64,000 nucleotides of DNA, from the NCBI GenBank assembly GCA_963712745.1, contig CAVQJC010000015.1:32001-96000 (forward strand), written 5' to 3'. Below are positions 38,737 through 49,365 of this stretch, piece by piece (within the stretch, counting starts at the first letter, position 1; each line of letters begins with the position of its first letter). This stretch comes from an uncultured Chloroflexia bacterium (lineage in GTDB: Bacteria > Chloroflexota > Limnocylindria > Limnocylindrales > CSP1-4). The notes under the pieces are model-generated. The model made no database searches. It saw only the letters and a program-made list of their open reading frames with translations, and was not told the origin of the DNA. The translations under genes were made by a program, and so were the position numbers.

Positions 38737-39651
38737 GTGAAGCTCGGCTTCCTGACCGCACCGTTCCCGGAGACGCCCCTGATGGAGGTGGCCGACTGGG
38801 CTGCATCGGTGGACTTCGAGGTGCTGGAGATCGCCTGCTGGCCACAGAGCAGCGGTGCCACGCGCAAGTACGCCGGCACCTCGCACATCGACGTGGCCAA
38901 CCTGTCCGACGCCCAGGCGGGCGAGATCAAGGCGCAGATCGCCGCGAAGGGCCTGGACATCTCCGGCCTGGGCTTCTACCCCAACCCGCTGCATCCCGAC
39001 CCCGAGGCCAGGGCCGCGGCCATCGACCATCTGAAGAAGGTCATCGTGGCCACGGGCAAGATGGGTCTGCCGGTGACCAATACGTTCTGTGGTGGCGACG
39101 CCGGCAAGAACGTCGACCAGAACTGGGACGAGGCTCTCAAGGTCTGGCCGGACATCGTCCGGTTCGCGCAGGACAACGGCGTGAAGATCACCTTCGAGAA
39201 CTGCCCCATGATCTTCAGCTACGACGAGTGGCCGGGCGGCCACAACATCGCCTACTCGCCCTACATCTGGCGCCGTATCCTCGAGCAGTGGGGTGGCACC
39301 GTGGGCTTGAACTTCGACCCCAGTCACCTCGTCTGGCTGATGATCGACCAGGGCCGCTTCATCCGCGAGTTCGGCGACCACATCCTCCACTTCCAGGCCA
39401 AGGACGTGATGATCGACCGCGATGGCCTGTACGAGCGCGGCTCGATCTCGGCCGGCATGGGCTGGCAGATCCCACGCATCCCGGGACTCGGTGATGCCCC
39501 CTGGGCGGAGATCTTCAGCGCCCTCTACCGCACCGGCTACGACGGACCCATCATCATCGAGCACGAGGACAAGGTCTTCGAGGGTACCGATGAGAAGGTC
39601 AAGCGCGGGTTCCTGGTGGCGCGTGACATCCTCCGGCCATTCGTGAAGTAA
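38737..39651 (+). CDS. Sugar phosphate isomerase/epimerase (xylose-isomerase-like TIM barrel)
   Basis: FENCPM, LNFDPSH, HFQAKD, IEHED. Confidence 0.9.
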   Translation: MKLGFLTAPFPETPLMEVADWAASVDFEVLEIACWPQSSGATRKYAGTSHIDVANLSDAQAGEIKAQIAAKGLDISGLGFYPNPLHPDPEARAAAIDHLKKVIVATGKMGLPVTNTFCGGDAGKNVDQNWDEALKVWPDIVRFAQDNGVKITFENCPMIFSYDEWPGGHNIAYSPYIWRRILEQWGGTVGLNFDPSHLVWLMIDQGRFIREFGDHILHFQAKDVMIDRDGLYERGSISAGMGWQIPRIPGLGDAPWAEIFSALYRTGYDGPIIIEHEDKVFEGTDEKVKRGFLVARDILRPFVK

Positions 39652-39673
39652 GCGAGGCTAACGACCACCCCTG

Positions 39674-40486
39674 ATGACAGAGTTCAACGGCGTCCGCGCC
39701 TGGTTCGAGGAGGCGGAGACACTGCTCGAGGACATCGTCTCCAGCCAGGCGGAGGTGCTGGAGGAGACCGCCCAGCTGTGCGCCGCGACCATCGCGTCGG
39801 AGGGCCTGGTACACCTCTTCGGTTCGGGCCACTCCCGCATCCCGGTGGAGGAGATGTTCCCGCGCTACGGCAGCTTCCCGGGTTTCCATCCCATCGTCGA
39901 GCTGTCGATGACGTATCACACCGACGTGGTCGGCTCCAACGGCCAGCGCCAGGCCATGTTCATCGAGAAGGTGCCAGGCCTGGCGGAGGTCATCCTCAGC
40001 AACTTCAGCTTCAAGACCAACGACGTGATGATGGTCTTCAGCGCCAACGGACTCAACGCGGTGCCCGTCGAGATGGCCCGTGGCGCGCGCCGGCGTGGCT
40101 GCAAGGTCGTAGCCGTCACAGGCGTGAAGCAGTCACTCGGGGGCGAGCCGGACCCTGCGGTCGGTAGCCGCCTGCTCGACGAGGCCGACATCGTCATCGA
40201 CCTGTGCACGCACGAGGCCGACGCCATGGTCCTCGTGCCCGGCCTGGATACGCCGGTCGGTCCCGGCTCGACGCTGGCCTACGTGGCCATCGTCAATTCC
40301 CTGAAGGTGCGCATCGCCCAGCTCCTGGTTGAGTCGGGCGCGACGCCACCTGTCATCACGCGCGCGTCCGTCGTGGGCGCGGAGCGCTCGCGAGCACTGT
40401 TCGACAGTGCCTACCGGGAACACGCGCGACGTGTCGCGCGGACCATCGTCCGCGAGCCCGATGACGAACCAGGCAGTCAGGCGTAG
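39674..40486 (+). CDS. SIS domain protein
   Basis: HLFGSGHS, VFSANG, ADIVID, PGST. Confidence 0.88.
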   Translation: MTEFNGVRAWFEEAETLLEDIVSSQAEVLEETAQLCAATIASEGLVHLFGSGHSRIPVEEMFPRYGSFPGFHPIVELSMTYHTDVVGSNGQRQAMFIEKVPGLAEVILSNFSFKTNDVMMVFSANGLNAVPVEMARGARRRGCKVVAVTGVKQSLGGEPDPAVGSRLLDEADIVIDLCTHEADAMVLVPGLDTPVGPGSTLAYVAIVNSLKVRIAQLLVESGATPPVITRASVVGAERSRALFDSAYREHARRVARTIVREPDDEPGSQA

Positions 40487-40596
40487 CGAGGAGGTGTGAT
40501 CGAGACGCGATAACCGGCTGTTCCACGCAGGCCCAGGGCGCGCCGCGCCTGACGAGCCACCCATCCAACCCTCATGTGAGGAGGACAAGGAGTCAC

Positions 40597-41686
40597 ATGG
40601 ATCACAAGCTTCGCCAAGCTGTTCGCCGCCGGTGCCGCCATGGCACTCGCGGTCTCAAGTGTCGGCATCGCTGCCGCCCAGGACGAGAGCATGGCGCCAG
40701 AGGAGTCTATGGCTGGCGGTGACGGCTATGTCATCGGCATGACGAACTGGCTCGCCGGCAACGGGTGGCGCGAGGAGATGCGCTGCTCGATTCGGGCGGA
40801 GGCGCTGAACTCCGGTCAGGTCAGCCAGGTCATCGAGGCGCACCGCACGACGGACGCCGCCGGCCAGCTCGAGGACATCAACACTCTCATCAACGCCGGC
40901 GTCGACGCCATCATCATCAACCCCATCAGCCCCGACGCGTTCAACGACGTCATCGCTCAGGCGACCAGCCAGGATATCCCGGTCGTGGCCGTTGACCTGG
41001 CCGTCACCGCTCCGGACACATACCTGTTCTCGAACGACCAGGAGGAGTACGGCTACCTCGGCGCCAAGTGGCTGTTCGAGCAGCTCGGTGGCGAGGGTGC
41101 CGTCTTCTACATGCGCGGCGCCGCCGGTACCTCGGCCGACACCGACCGTGACAACGGCTTCAAGCGCGCCATGGATGAGTACCCCGGCATCACCATCGCC
41201 CAGGAGGTCTTCACCAACTGGGACCAGCCGACCGGTACGCAGCAGATGCTTGACATGCTGGCCACGGGCATCCCGTTCGATGGCATCTGGACGTCGGGCA
41301 TCGATAGCGTCGTTGTCGACGCGCTCAAGCAGCAGGGTGCGTCGTTCGTTCCGATCGTGGGCGCGGACAACTCCGGATTCGTCGAGCAGCTGCTCACCGA
41401 GGAGGGCCTCGTCGGCGCCGCGGTGACCAACTCCGGAGCTGTCGGCGGTGCCGGCCTCGGCCTGGCTCTCGACATCCTCAACGGGGAGGAGCCCGCGGAT
41501 CCCCAGGTCAAGACGACTCCCGAGGTCTGGGACAACCAGAGCGAGGAGGGCCTGGCGGCTCTCGAGACCGGGTTCGACCAGGACATCGTCAACAAGGACC
41601 CGTTCTGGCCGCTGGTGTACGCGCTACCGCCGCACACGACGTACAGCAAGGAGCAGATCCTGGCCTGCGAAGAGGTCGGCGCCTAG
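40597..41686 (+). CDS. Sugar ABC transporter substrate-binding protein (apparent +1 frameshift just after the ATG at 40597)
   Basis: GNGWREEM, GVDAIIINP; the RBS AAGGAG + ATG at 40597 is one base out of frame with the signal peptide FAKLFAAGAAMALAV. Confidence 0.88.
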
Positions 41687-41701
41687 TCGCTCCGCCATAT
41701 C

Positions 41702-41726
41702 GGGGTGCCGGTCCGTCCGGCACCCC
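41702..41726. terminator. Intercistronic hairpin GGGGTGCCGG-N5-CCGGCACCCC
   Basis: Perfect 10-bp stem after the binding-protein gene. Confidence 0.6.
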
Positions 41727-41750
41727 AACGCGACCCCTCGGGGTGACTGC

Positions 41751-43280
41751 ATGACTGAACCCCTGCTCCACGCCACCGGCGTCGCCAAGCGCTACGGCGC
41801 GGTGACGGCACTGCGGGACGCATCGCTATCGGTGCTGCCCGGTGAGGTGCACGCGCTGCTAGGCGCCAACGGCGCGGGCAAATCGACGCTGGTCAAGATC
41901 CTCACCGGTACGGTGCACCCGGATGCCGGTCGAATCATGATTCGCGGACAAGAGCGCGAGGTCCACTCACCGTCGGAGGCACGCCGGACCGGCCTCGTCT
42001 CCGTCTATCAGGAGCCATCTCTGGTCCCGGACTTGGATGTGGCATCGAATCTGCGCCTCTCCCGCACTCCGATGGAGCCGGTGCGGGAATGGCTCTCGAG
42101 GTTGGGCATCAAGAAGCTCGACCCCGCCGAAACGACGCGCGACCTGCCGCTCGCGACATTGCGCATCCTGGACCTTGCGCGCGCGCTCGCCATCGAGCCG
42201 GACGTGCTGCTACTGGACGAGATTACCGCGGCACTTCCCGCCGACCTCACCGAGAAGGTCCTGGAGGTCGTAGGTGACATCCGGTCCACCGGTCGATCTG
42301 TCATCTTCATCTCGCACCGGATGCTCGAGATCGGCGAGCTGTGCGACCGTGCGACTGTGCTCCGCGACGGCGAGACCGTGGGCGTCGTCGACGTGACAGA
42401 GGGGGCCGCCGAGGAGATCGTCCAGCTGATGCTCGGGCCGGGGGGCATCGCTCGGCCCGAGGTGGCCACGCCTGCTGCAGAGGAGGCAGCGGCGGGCGAA
42501 GACGATCGTCCAGTCCGTCTGGCCGTGCGCTCGGTGCGGGCCGGGACCCGGCTCCACGATGTGTCGCTGGAGCTTCGCGCCGGAGAGGTACTGGGCCTGG
42601 TGGCCCTGGAGGGGCAGGGCCAGGACGAGCTGTACGGGGTGCTCTCTGGGTCACGGCGACCTGATGCGGGAGAGCTGGCAGTCGACGACCGCGTCGTACA
42701 GTTCAGGCACCCGGCGGACGCCATCCGCGAGGGCCTCGTGTACGTGCCGGCGAACCGGGTGGATGCGCTGCTCCCGCAGCGGTCCGTGCGTGAGAACATC
42801 GCGCTGCCCTTCTCCGCCGCGCTGAGGCGATGGGGCCCGATCGACGTCTCGGGCGAGGCCGGCAAGGTCGACGGGGCGGTGGATCGATTGCAGATCGACA
42901 CTCGCGCCCAGTCGGAGGTCCGACGGCTCTCGGGTGGCAACCAGCAGAAGGTGACCATCGCCCGCTGGGTGGCACACGGGATCCGCACACTGCTGTGCTT
43001 CGACCCCACGCGTGGTATCGATATCCGCACCAAGCACGAGATCTATCGGCTCGTGCGTGAGCTGGCTGCTGCCGGCGCCGCCGTCCTCTTGTACACCTCC
43101 GAGCTCGAGGAGGTCCAGCTCGCCTGCGACCGCGTGGTCGTCATCTTCGGCGGGCGCGTCGTGGACGAGATGCCGGCGAGCCTGGCCGATGAGCCCACGC
43201 TCATGCGGGCCGCCTACGGGCTGTCTCAGGAGACATCCTCGGATGCCGACGCCGCCAAGGGCATGGCGGCGTCGGCATGA
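41751..43280 (+). CDS. Sugar ABC transporter ATP-binding protein (two NBDs, RbsA-like)
   Basis: GANGAGKST, LLDEITA, LSGGNQQK, DPTRGID. Confidence 0.95.
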   Translation: MTEPLLHATGVAKRYGAVTALRDASLSVLPGEVHALLGANGAGKSTLVKILTGTVHPDAGRIMIRGQEREVHSPSEARRTGLVSVYQEPSLVPDLDVASNLRLSRTPMEPVREWLSRLGIKKLDPAETTRDLPLATLRILDLARALAIEPDVLLLDEITAALPADLTEKVLEVVGDIRSTGRSVIFISHRMLEIGELCDRATVLRDGETVGVVDVTEGAAEEIVQLMLGPGGIARPEVATPAAEEAAAGEDDRPVRLAVRSVRAGTRLHDVSLELRAGEVLGLVALEGQGQDELYGVLSGSRRPDAGELAVDDRVVQFRHPADAIREGLVYVPANRVDALLPQRSVRENIALPFSAALRRWGPIDVSGEAGKVDGAVDRLQIDTRAQSEVRRLSGGNQQKVTIARWVAHGIRTLLCFDPTRGIDIRTKHEIYRLVRELAAAGAAVLLYTSELEEVQLACDRVVVIFGGRVVDEMPASLADEPTLMRAAYGLSQETSSDADAAKGMAASA

Positions 43281-44280
43281 GCGCAGTCGTGGGCGCCCGC
43301 GGGGGGAATTGGTCGGAGCCGCTGCGCGGCGCGTCGCGCGCCCTCCGGCGCAACGCGTGGACGCTTGGGCTGCTCGGACTGCTGGTCGTGCTGCTGGGGT
43401 TAACGCGCGCCATCCAGCCCTCCTACGGCAGCGCAGGGATCGAGTCGCTGGCCAAGGCGGCGCTGCCCATCGCACTCGTGGCCATCGGCCAGGCCATCGT
43501 GGTCATCGCGGGCGGCATCGATCTGTCGGTGGCCTCGATGATGGCCCTCACCAACGTGACGGCGGCGACACTGATGGGGGACAGCAGCGAGGAGGCAGCC
43601 GTCCTCGTCGTGCTGCTCGTCATCCTCCTGGGGCTGGTTCTGGGTGTGGTCAACGGTGCACTCGTGGTCCTGACACGCGTCCCCGACATCGTGGTCACCT
43701 TGGCCATGTCGTTCGTATGGGCCGGCGCAGCACTGCTCGTGCTGAGCACACCCGGCGGCTCCGCGGCCCAGTGGCTGAGGATCTCTACAACGGCACGTTC
43801 GCGTCGGAGTGGCTGCCCAAAACCCTGGTCATCGTCGTCGTCGCAGCGGCGCTTGCCTGGATCCCGCTCCGCCGGACGCGCTGGGGCCTCGCGCTCTACG
43901 CCGTCGGTTCTGACAAGCAGGCCGCATTCCGAAGCGGGGTGGACATCCGGAGGACCAAGATCACGTCGTACGCCCTATGCGGCCTGTTCGCGGCCCTCGG
44001 CGGCCTGGCAATCACGATGGCCACGGGCACCGGCATCCCCGTACCCGGTCCGTACACACTCGCGAGCGTTGCAGCGGTCGTGCTCGGAGGCGTCAGCCTG
44101 GCAGGCGGACGAGGCGGCCTTGTGGGCGTCGTGCTGGCGGTGTTCGTACTCCGGCTCGTGCGGGCAGACCTCGTCTTCCTTGGCATCGACCCCAACTTCA
44201 CGACCGTCATCGAGGGACTCACCATGGTCATCGTGGTCATGGTCGGTGCCCTGCTAGCGATGCGCAGGAGGAGAGCATGA
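43277..44280 (+). CDS. Sugar ABC permease (apparent -1 frameshift near 43780)
   Basis: GGIDLSV, PDIVVTL, then in another frame LYAVGSD..AAFRSG and AAVVLGGVSLAGGRG. Confidence 0.88.
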
Positions 44281-45279
44281 CCGCCACGAGCGCGACCACC
44301 GGCGGCAGCGGCCCTCGCTGGGCCTCCGTCGCGGGGTTGCGCCGCGTCGTGCGGGACCAGCCGGTCGATCCCCTTGCTGGGACTCCTTGTCGTGCTCATC
44401 GTGACGATCCAGCTGGTCCAGCCGGGCACCGTCAGCGCGTCCTGGCTGGGTACCGCCACCAAGCTGGCCATCCCATTGGCCATCCTGGCGGCGTGCCAGA
44501 CACTCACCATGCTGACGGGCGGCATCGACCTGTCGGTCGCGTTCGTGGCCTCGATGTCTGCCTACCTGATGGCCAGTCAGGCGCCGGTCCACGGGCCTGT
44601 CATCGGCGTCGCGCTGGCCCTGCTCGCCTGTGCTGCTGCCGGGCTGGCCAATGGCATCGGCGTGGGCGTCTTCCGAGTGCACCCGCTCATCATGACCCTC
44701 GGCACCGGCCTGGTCGTCGTCGGCCTCATGACCGTCTACCAGGTCGAGGTCGTCAGCCAGGGCGCCAAGGTCCCTGCAGAGATCGCCTGGGTCGGTGGCT
44801 CCAACAGCTTCGGCGTCGTGCCCAACTCTCTGCTGCTCTTCGTGCCGCTAGCGGCGCTCATCCTGTGGATGCTGCGTAGATGGGGCTTCGGACGGCTGCT
44901 CTACGCCATCGGAGACAACGAGGGCGCGGCCCGCCTGGCAGGCGTCCGTGTCTGGTCCGTGCACGTGACCCTTTACATCGTCTCCGGGGTGCTTGCCGGC
45001 ATCGCCGGCTTGGTCGTGGCGGGGATGACCAACGTTGCCACCGTCACCCTGGCTGAGAGGTACCTGCTGCCCTCGGTCGCTGCGGCGGTGATCGGTGGGA
45101 CATCCATCTTCGGCGGGCGCGGCGGATATGCCGGCAGCATCGTGGGCGCGCTCATCCTCACCGTGCTCACGAGCCTGCTGACGGTGATGCGCATGCCCGA
45201 GGGCGTCCGACTGGCTCTGTTCGGGGCCATGATCGTGGCCGTCGCCGCCGCCTACACGCGCATCACCGAGGAACATTGA
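44277..45279 (+). CDS. Sugar ABC permease (apparent +1 frameshift near 44367)
   Basis: ATGA overlap at 44277; TGGIDLSV, LYAIGDN..AARLAG, AAAVIGGTSIFGGRG. Confidence 0.88.
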
Positions 45280-45289
45280 GCGGGGTCCT

Positions 45290-46294
45290 ATGAACCGCGC
45301 CTCCCGACACATCGGGCTCGACCTCGGCGGCACCAACATCAAGTGGGTCGTCGTCGAGCAGTCGGGGCCGGACGGCTGGCACACGCTGGACCGGGGCCAG
45401 GTCCCGACCGATACCTCGCGCGAGGAGGAGAGCGTGGTCGCCCAGCTGGCCGCGCTGGCCAGGGAGATCCGCGACGGCGTCGGCGACGGACCGGTGGTGA
45501 GCTTGGGCGTCGCAGTGCCCGGGCTGTACATCCCCGAGACCGGCGTGGTCACCTTCCTGACGAATGTGCCCGGTGACTGGTCGGCCACGCCGACCGGCGA
45601 GCCTGTGGCGCAGGCGACCGGCCTGCCCACCGCGCTCATCAACGACGCCCGGGCATTCGGGCTGGCTGAGCTGCGCTTCGGCGCCGGACGCGATGTCGAC
45701 TCGTTCATCGGCTTCACCCTGGGCACCGGGATCGGCGGCGTCTTCGCCATCGGCAACCAGGTCATCCAGGGCTACCGCGGGCAGGCCGGCGAGCTGGGCC
45801 ACCAGACGATCGATCCCGACGGACCCTGGTGCGGCTGCGGCAACCGTGGCTGCGTGGAGGCCTACTGCCGGGCCGACCAGGTGGCCAGGGTGTGCGGCAC
45901 GAGGGATCCCCGCGAGGCCATCGAGAAGGCGCGAGCGGGGGACGAGCGGGCGATCGCCGGCCTGGCCGAGATCGGCCGCTACCTGGGCATCGGCATCAGC
46001 AATGCCATCACGGTCATCACGCCGGACCTGGTCATCCTCGGCGGCGGCTGGTCCAGCGCCGGAGACCTGCTCATCGAACCCATCAAGACTGAGATGCAAC
46101 GGCGCGTCATCACCACGCCGGTCGATCGCGTCGACGTCGTGCTCGCAGAGCTGGGCACCTGGGCGGGCGCCATCGGAGCCGCCGTTCACGGCGCCGAACA
46201 GGCCGGCGCAGTCGCCGGAGCCACGGGAACGACGGGGGCGGCTGGGGCCACGGGAACGACGGGGGCGGCCGAGGCGGCCGGGGCCGCCGGATGA
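45290..46294 (+). CDS. ROK family sugar kinase
   Basis: GLDLGGTNIK, INDA, GTGIGG, GELGH, CGCGNRGCVE; C-terminal 27-bp tandem repeat tail. Confidence 0.92.
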   Translation: MNRASRHIGLDLGGTNIKWVVVEQSGPDGWHTLDRGQVPTDTSREEESVVAQLAALAREIRDGVGDGPVVSLGVAVPGLYIPETGVVTFLTNVPGDWSATPTGEPVAQATGLPTALINDARAFGLAELRFGAGRDVDSFIGFTLGTGIGGVFAIGNQVIQGYRGQAGELGHQTIDPDGPWCGCGNRGCVEAYCRADQVARVCGTRDPREAIEKARAGDERAIAGLAEIGRYLGIGISNAITVITPDLVILGGGWSSAGDLLIEPIKTEMQRRVITTPVDRVDVVLAELGTWAGAIGAAVHGAEQAGAVAGATGTTGAAGATGTTGAAEAAGAAG

Positions 46295-47037
46295 GCATCA
46301 GCTACGCCCCCCGCTATCGCGAGATCGAGCAGGCACTGCGCGCCCGCATCGCCAGCCTGCGACCGGGCCAGCGATTGCCGTCCGACGCGGACATCTGCGC
46401 CGAGTTCGGGGTCAGCCGCATGACCGCGCGCCACGCCATGGCCCAGCTGGCCGATGAGGGGCTGGTGCGCCGCGACCCCGGCCGGGGCACGTTCGTGGCC
46501 GAGCCCCCGACGCATCGCCGCGCCAACTTCCTCATGACCTTCAGCCACGAGATGCGCCGCCAGGGCCGGGTGCCCAGCTCACGCATCGTCGAACGAGTCG
46601 TGCGGGCACCGACCGACGCCGAGCGCACCGACCTGCGCGTCGGACGCGACAGCGAGGTCGTGGACCTCCACCGTGTCCGACTGGCCGACCACGAGCCGGT
46701 GGCCGTTGAGCGAGCAGTCCTGGCGCCCCGCTGCATCCCGGCGGTGGTGGCCGCCGACCTGGTGACAGGATCGCTCCACGAAGCGCTCATCACCGACGGC
46801 ATCGTGCCCTCCCGCGGCAAGTCCTCGATCCGCGCAGAGGCTGCTGGGGCGGACGATGCTGTGCTGCTGGGGGTCGACGTGGGCCAGCCCATGCTTGTCG
46901 AGCGCCGGCTCATCTTCGACCAGCGCGGCCGGCCCATCGAGCGGACCGAATCGAGATACGCAGCTGACCGCTACGGACTCAACGTCGGCTTCTCGGTGGA
47001 GGACAACGGCGCCATCACCGTCGCACCAGATGCCTGA
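46291..47037 (+). CDS. GntR/HutC (NagR/DasR-like) regulator
   Basis: LPSD..ICAEFGVSRMTAR..GRGTFV; UTRA domain. Confidence 0.92.
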   Translation: MSISYAPRYREIEQALRARIASLRPGQRLPSDADICAEFGVSRMTARHAMAQLADEGLVRRDPGRGTFVAEPPTHRRANFLMTFSHEMRRQGRVPSSRIVERVVRAPTDAERTDLRVGRDSEVVDLHRVRLADHEPVAVERAVLAPRCIPAVVAADLVTGSLHEALITDGIVPSRGKSSIRAEAAGADDAVLLGVDVGQPMLVERRLIFDQRGRPIERTESRYAADRYGLNVGFSVEDNGAITVAPDA

Positions 47038-47102
47038 CTCGAACACCCCGCGGGCCCGCTAGAGTTCGCGTCAGAGGGCCCATCCGAGGCCGGGGAGAAC
47101 CG

Positions 47103-48251
47103 ATGGAACCACGTGAACGCGTCCTTGCCGCGCTCGACCACCAGGAGGCGGACCGCGTGCCCCGCGACCTCGCCGGCACCCGTTACAGCAGCATCCACGC
47201 CGAGGCCTACGGGCGGCTGCGTCCGGCGCTGGGACTGCCCGAGGCGGACATCCGCATCGTGGACACGACCCAGGGGCTGGCCCACGTCCACGAGGACACG
47301 CTCGAGCGCTTCGGAGCGGATGTGGCGCTGGTCTCGGCGGGCTCACCGCACGGCTTCAGCAAGGAAGTCAGCGACGACGGCGAGTACGAGCGCTTCCTCG
47401 ACGAGTTCGGTGTCCTTCGCGCGCGGCCGCACGGCGGGCTCTACTACGAGTCGACCACCTCGCCGCTGGCCGGCGACATCAGCCTGGCCGACATCGAGGC
47501 CTACCCCTGGCCCGATCCCGGGGACCCTGGCCGCTTCGAGGGCATGAAGGAGCGTGCCACGCACATCCGCGATGTCGAGAAGCGGGCAGTCTTCGTGGGC
47601 TCGCTCTGTGCGGGCGTGACCGAGATGCACTTCCGCATGCGCGGCTACGAGCACGGCTACATGGACATGGCCCTGAACCCCGACCTGGCGCGTGCGCTCA
47701 TGCGCAAGATCACCGACCTCAAGCTGGCCTACTGGGAGAAGGTGCTCGACGAGATCGGCCCCTGCATCGACATCGCGGCCGAGGCTGACGACCTGGGCGC
47801 GCAGCACGCCCCCCTGTTCAGCCCGGGGGCGTATCGCGAGATCGTCAAGCCCTTGCACAGGGAGATCATCGACTACATCAAGGGTCGCTCCAACGCCCGC
47901 TTCTTTCTCCATTCGTGCGGTGCCATCAAGGAGCTCATCCCCGATCTCATCGACATCGGCGTGGACGCGCTCAACCCGGTGCAGGTCTCGGCGGAAGGCA
48001 TGGAGACCGCCGCCCTCAAGGCCGAGTTCGGCCAGGAGATCACCTTCTGGGGTGGCACCGTCGATCCCCAGAAGACGCTCGCCCGGGGCACGCCGGAGGA
48101 GGTCAAGGCGGAGGCCATCCGCCGCATCGAGGAGCTCAAGCCGGGAGGCGGCTTCGTCATCGCCAGCATCCACAACATGCAGGCCCAGGTACCGGTCGAG
48201 AACATCCTCGCCTTCTGGGAGGCCGTCGAGGAGGCCGGGCGCTATGACTGA
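47103..48251 (+). CDS. Uroporphyrinogen decarboxylase-like (URO-D/MtaA-CmuA family) protein
   Basis: RERVLAALDHQEADRVP, ADDLG, FLHSCG, LNPVQ, FWGG, PGGGFV..SIHNMQ. Confidence 0.88.
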   Translation: MEPRERVLAALDHQEADRVPRDLAGTRYSSIHAEAYGRLRPALGLPEADIRIVDTTQGLAHVHEDTLERFGADVALVSAGSPHGFSKEVSDDGEYERFLDEFGVLRARPHGGLYYESTTSPLAGDISLADIEAYPWPDPGDPGRFEGMKERATHIRDVEKRAVFVGSLCAGVTEMHFRMRGYEHGYMDMALNPDLARALMRKITDLKLAYWEKVLDEIGPCIDIAAEADDLGAQHAPLFSPGAYREIVKPLHREIIDYIKGRSNARFFLHSCGAIKELIPDLIDIGVDALNPVQVSAEGMETAALKAEFGQEITFWGGTVDPQKTLARGTPEEVKAEAIRRIEELKPGGGFVIASIHNMQAQVPVENILAFWEAVEEAGRYD

Positions 48252-49365
48252 GGCCACATCGGGCCGGCTGGTGCTATCGGAGGGCGAGATCAGCGGGCGC
48301 CTCACGGTCGAGAACGGTCGCATCGCCTCCGTCGAGCGAGACGCGAGCGTACGGGCGGACGTCATCGTCGTCCCCGGCTTCATCGACGTCCACGTCCACG
48401 GCTGGGGCGGCCACGACGCCATGGGCGGCCCCCAGGCGCTGACCGGCATGGCCCGCGCGCTGGCCGGCCGCGGTGTCACCTCGTTCCTGCCGACCTCGGT
48501 CACAGCCTCGTTCGAGAAGCTCACGACCTTCGCCGATTCGGTACGCGAGTGGATGCCCGTGGCACCCGCGGATGGTGCGGAGCCACTTGGTTTCAACATG
48601 GAGGGGCCGTTCCTCGCCGAGCAGAAGAAGGGGGCCCATCCGGCCGAGCTCCTGCGTCACCCCGCTGATCTCGACGAGGCGAGGCTGGGCACCTTCATCG
48701 AGGGGCTGCGCATCATCACCATCGCGCCGGAGCTGCGTGGCGCCCCCGAGCTGATCCGCCGCCTGGCGGCCGCCGGTGTGCGGGTCTCGCTGGGACACTC
48801 CGCGGCCACCGTGGCCGAATCACGAGCGGGCTATGCCGCAGGGGCCGTGACCACGACCCATCTCTTCAACGCCATGGTCGGCCTGGTCCATCGTCAGCCC
48901 GGGCTGGCGCTGGAGGCGCTGATGGACGACGACGTGTGGGTCGAGCTCATCGCCGACACGCTCCACGTCGAGCCCGAGATGTGGCCCCTCATCTGGGCCC
49001 TCAAGCCGGCCCAGCGAGTGCTGCTGGTGAGCGACGCCATCGCTCTCGCCGACAGCGGCCAGAGCCGCGGCATGCTCGGCGAGCTGGAGATCCGCGTCGA
49101 CGGCGAGATGGTCACGCTCGTCGACGGCGGCAACCTCGCGGGCTCGGTCACGGCCCTCGATCGCGAGCTGCGAAACGTGGTGCGTGCCGGCATCCCGCTG
49201 GTCGAGGCGGTGCGAGCGACGTCGGCCAACCCGGCCGCGCTGCTGGGCCTGGAGGACCGCGGGCGCCTGGAGGTGGGCCTGCGCGCGGACCTGGTCGAGC
49301 TGGAGGCCTCGTCTTTCGACGTCCGTCGTGTGATGCGCGCCGGGGAGTGGATCGCCGGCACCTGA
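48244..49365 (+). CDS. nagA: N-acetylglucosamine-6-phosphate deacetylase
   Basis: PGFIDVHVHG, EGPF..KKGAH, TIAPE, GHS, THLFNAM, LAGS, NPA. Confidence 0.93.
   Translation: MTEATSGRLVLSEGEISGRLTVENGRIASVERDASVRADVIVVPGFIDVHVHGWGGHDAMGGPQALTGMARALAGRGVTSFLPTSVTASFEKLTTFADSVREWMPVAPADGAEPLGFNMEGPFLAEQKKGAHPAELLRHPADLDEARLGTFIEGLRIITIAPELRGAPELIRRLAAAGVRVSLGHSAATVAESRAGYAAGAVTTTHLFNAMVGLVHRQPGLALEALMDDDVWVELIADTLHVEPEMWPLIWALKPAQRVLLVSDAIALADSGQSRGMLGELEIRVDGEMVTLVDGGNLAGSVTALDRELRNVVRAGIPLVEAVRATSANPAALLGLEDRGRLEVGLRADLVELEASSFDVRRVMRAGEWIAGT

Noticed and set aside
3244-45279. Calling feoB, the permeases, the ROK repressor and the binding protein pseudogenes
   Set aside because: Each has a single indel next to GATC with otherwise intact sequence; a systematic sequencing error is more likely.
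47103-48251. hemE (true uroporphyrinogen decarboxylase)
   Set aside because: Lacks the HemE RQAGR motif and lies in a sugar cluster rather than a heme cluster.
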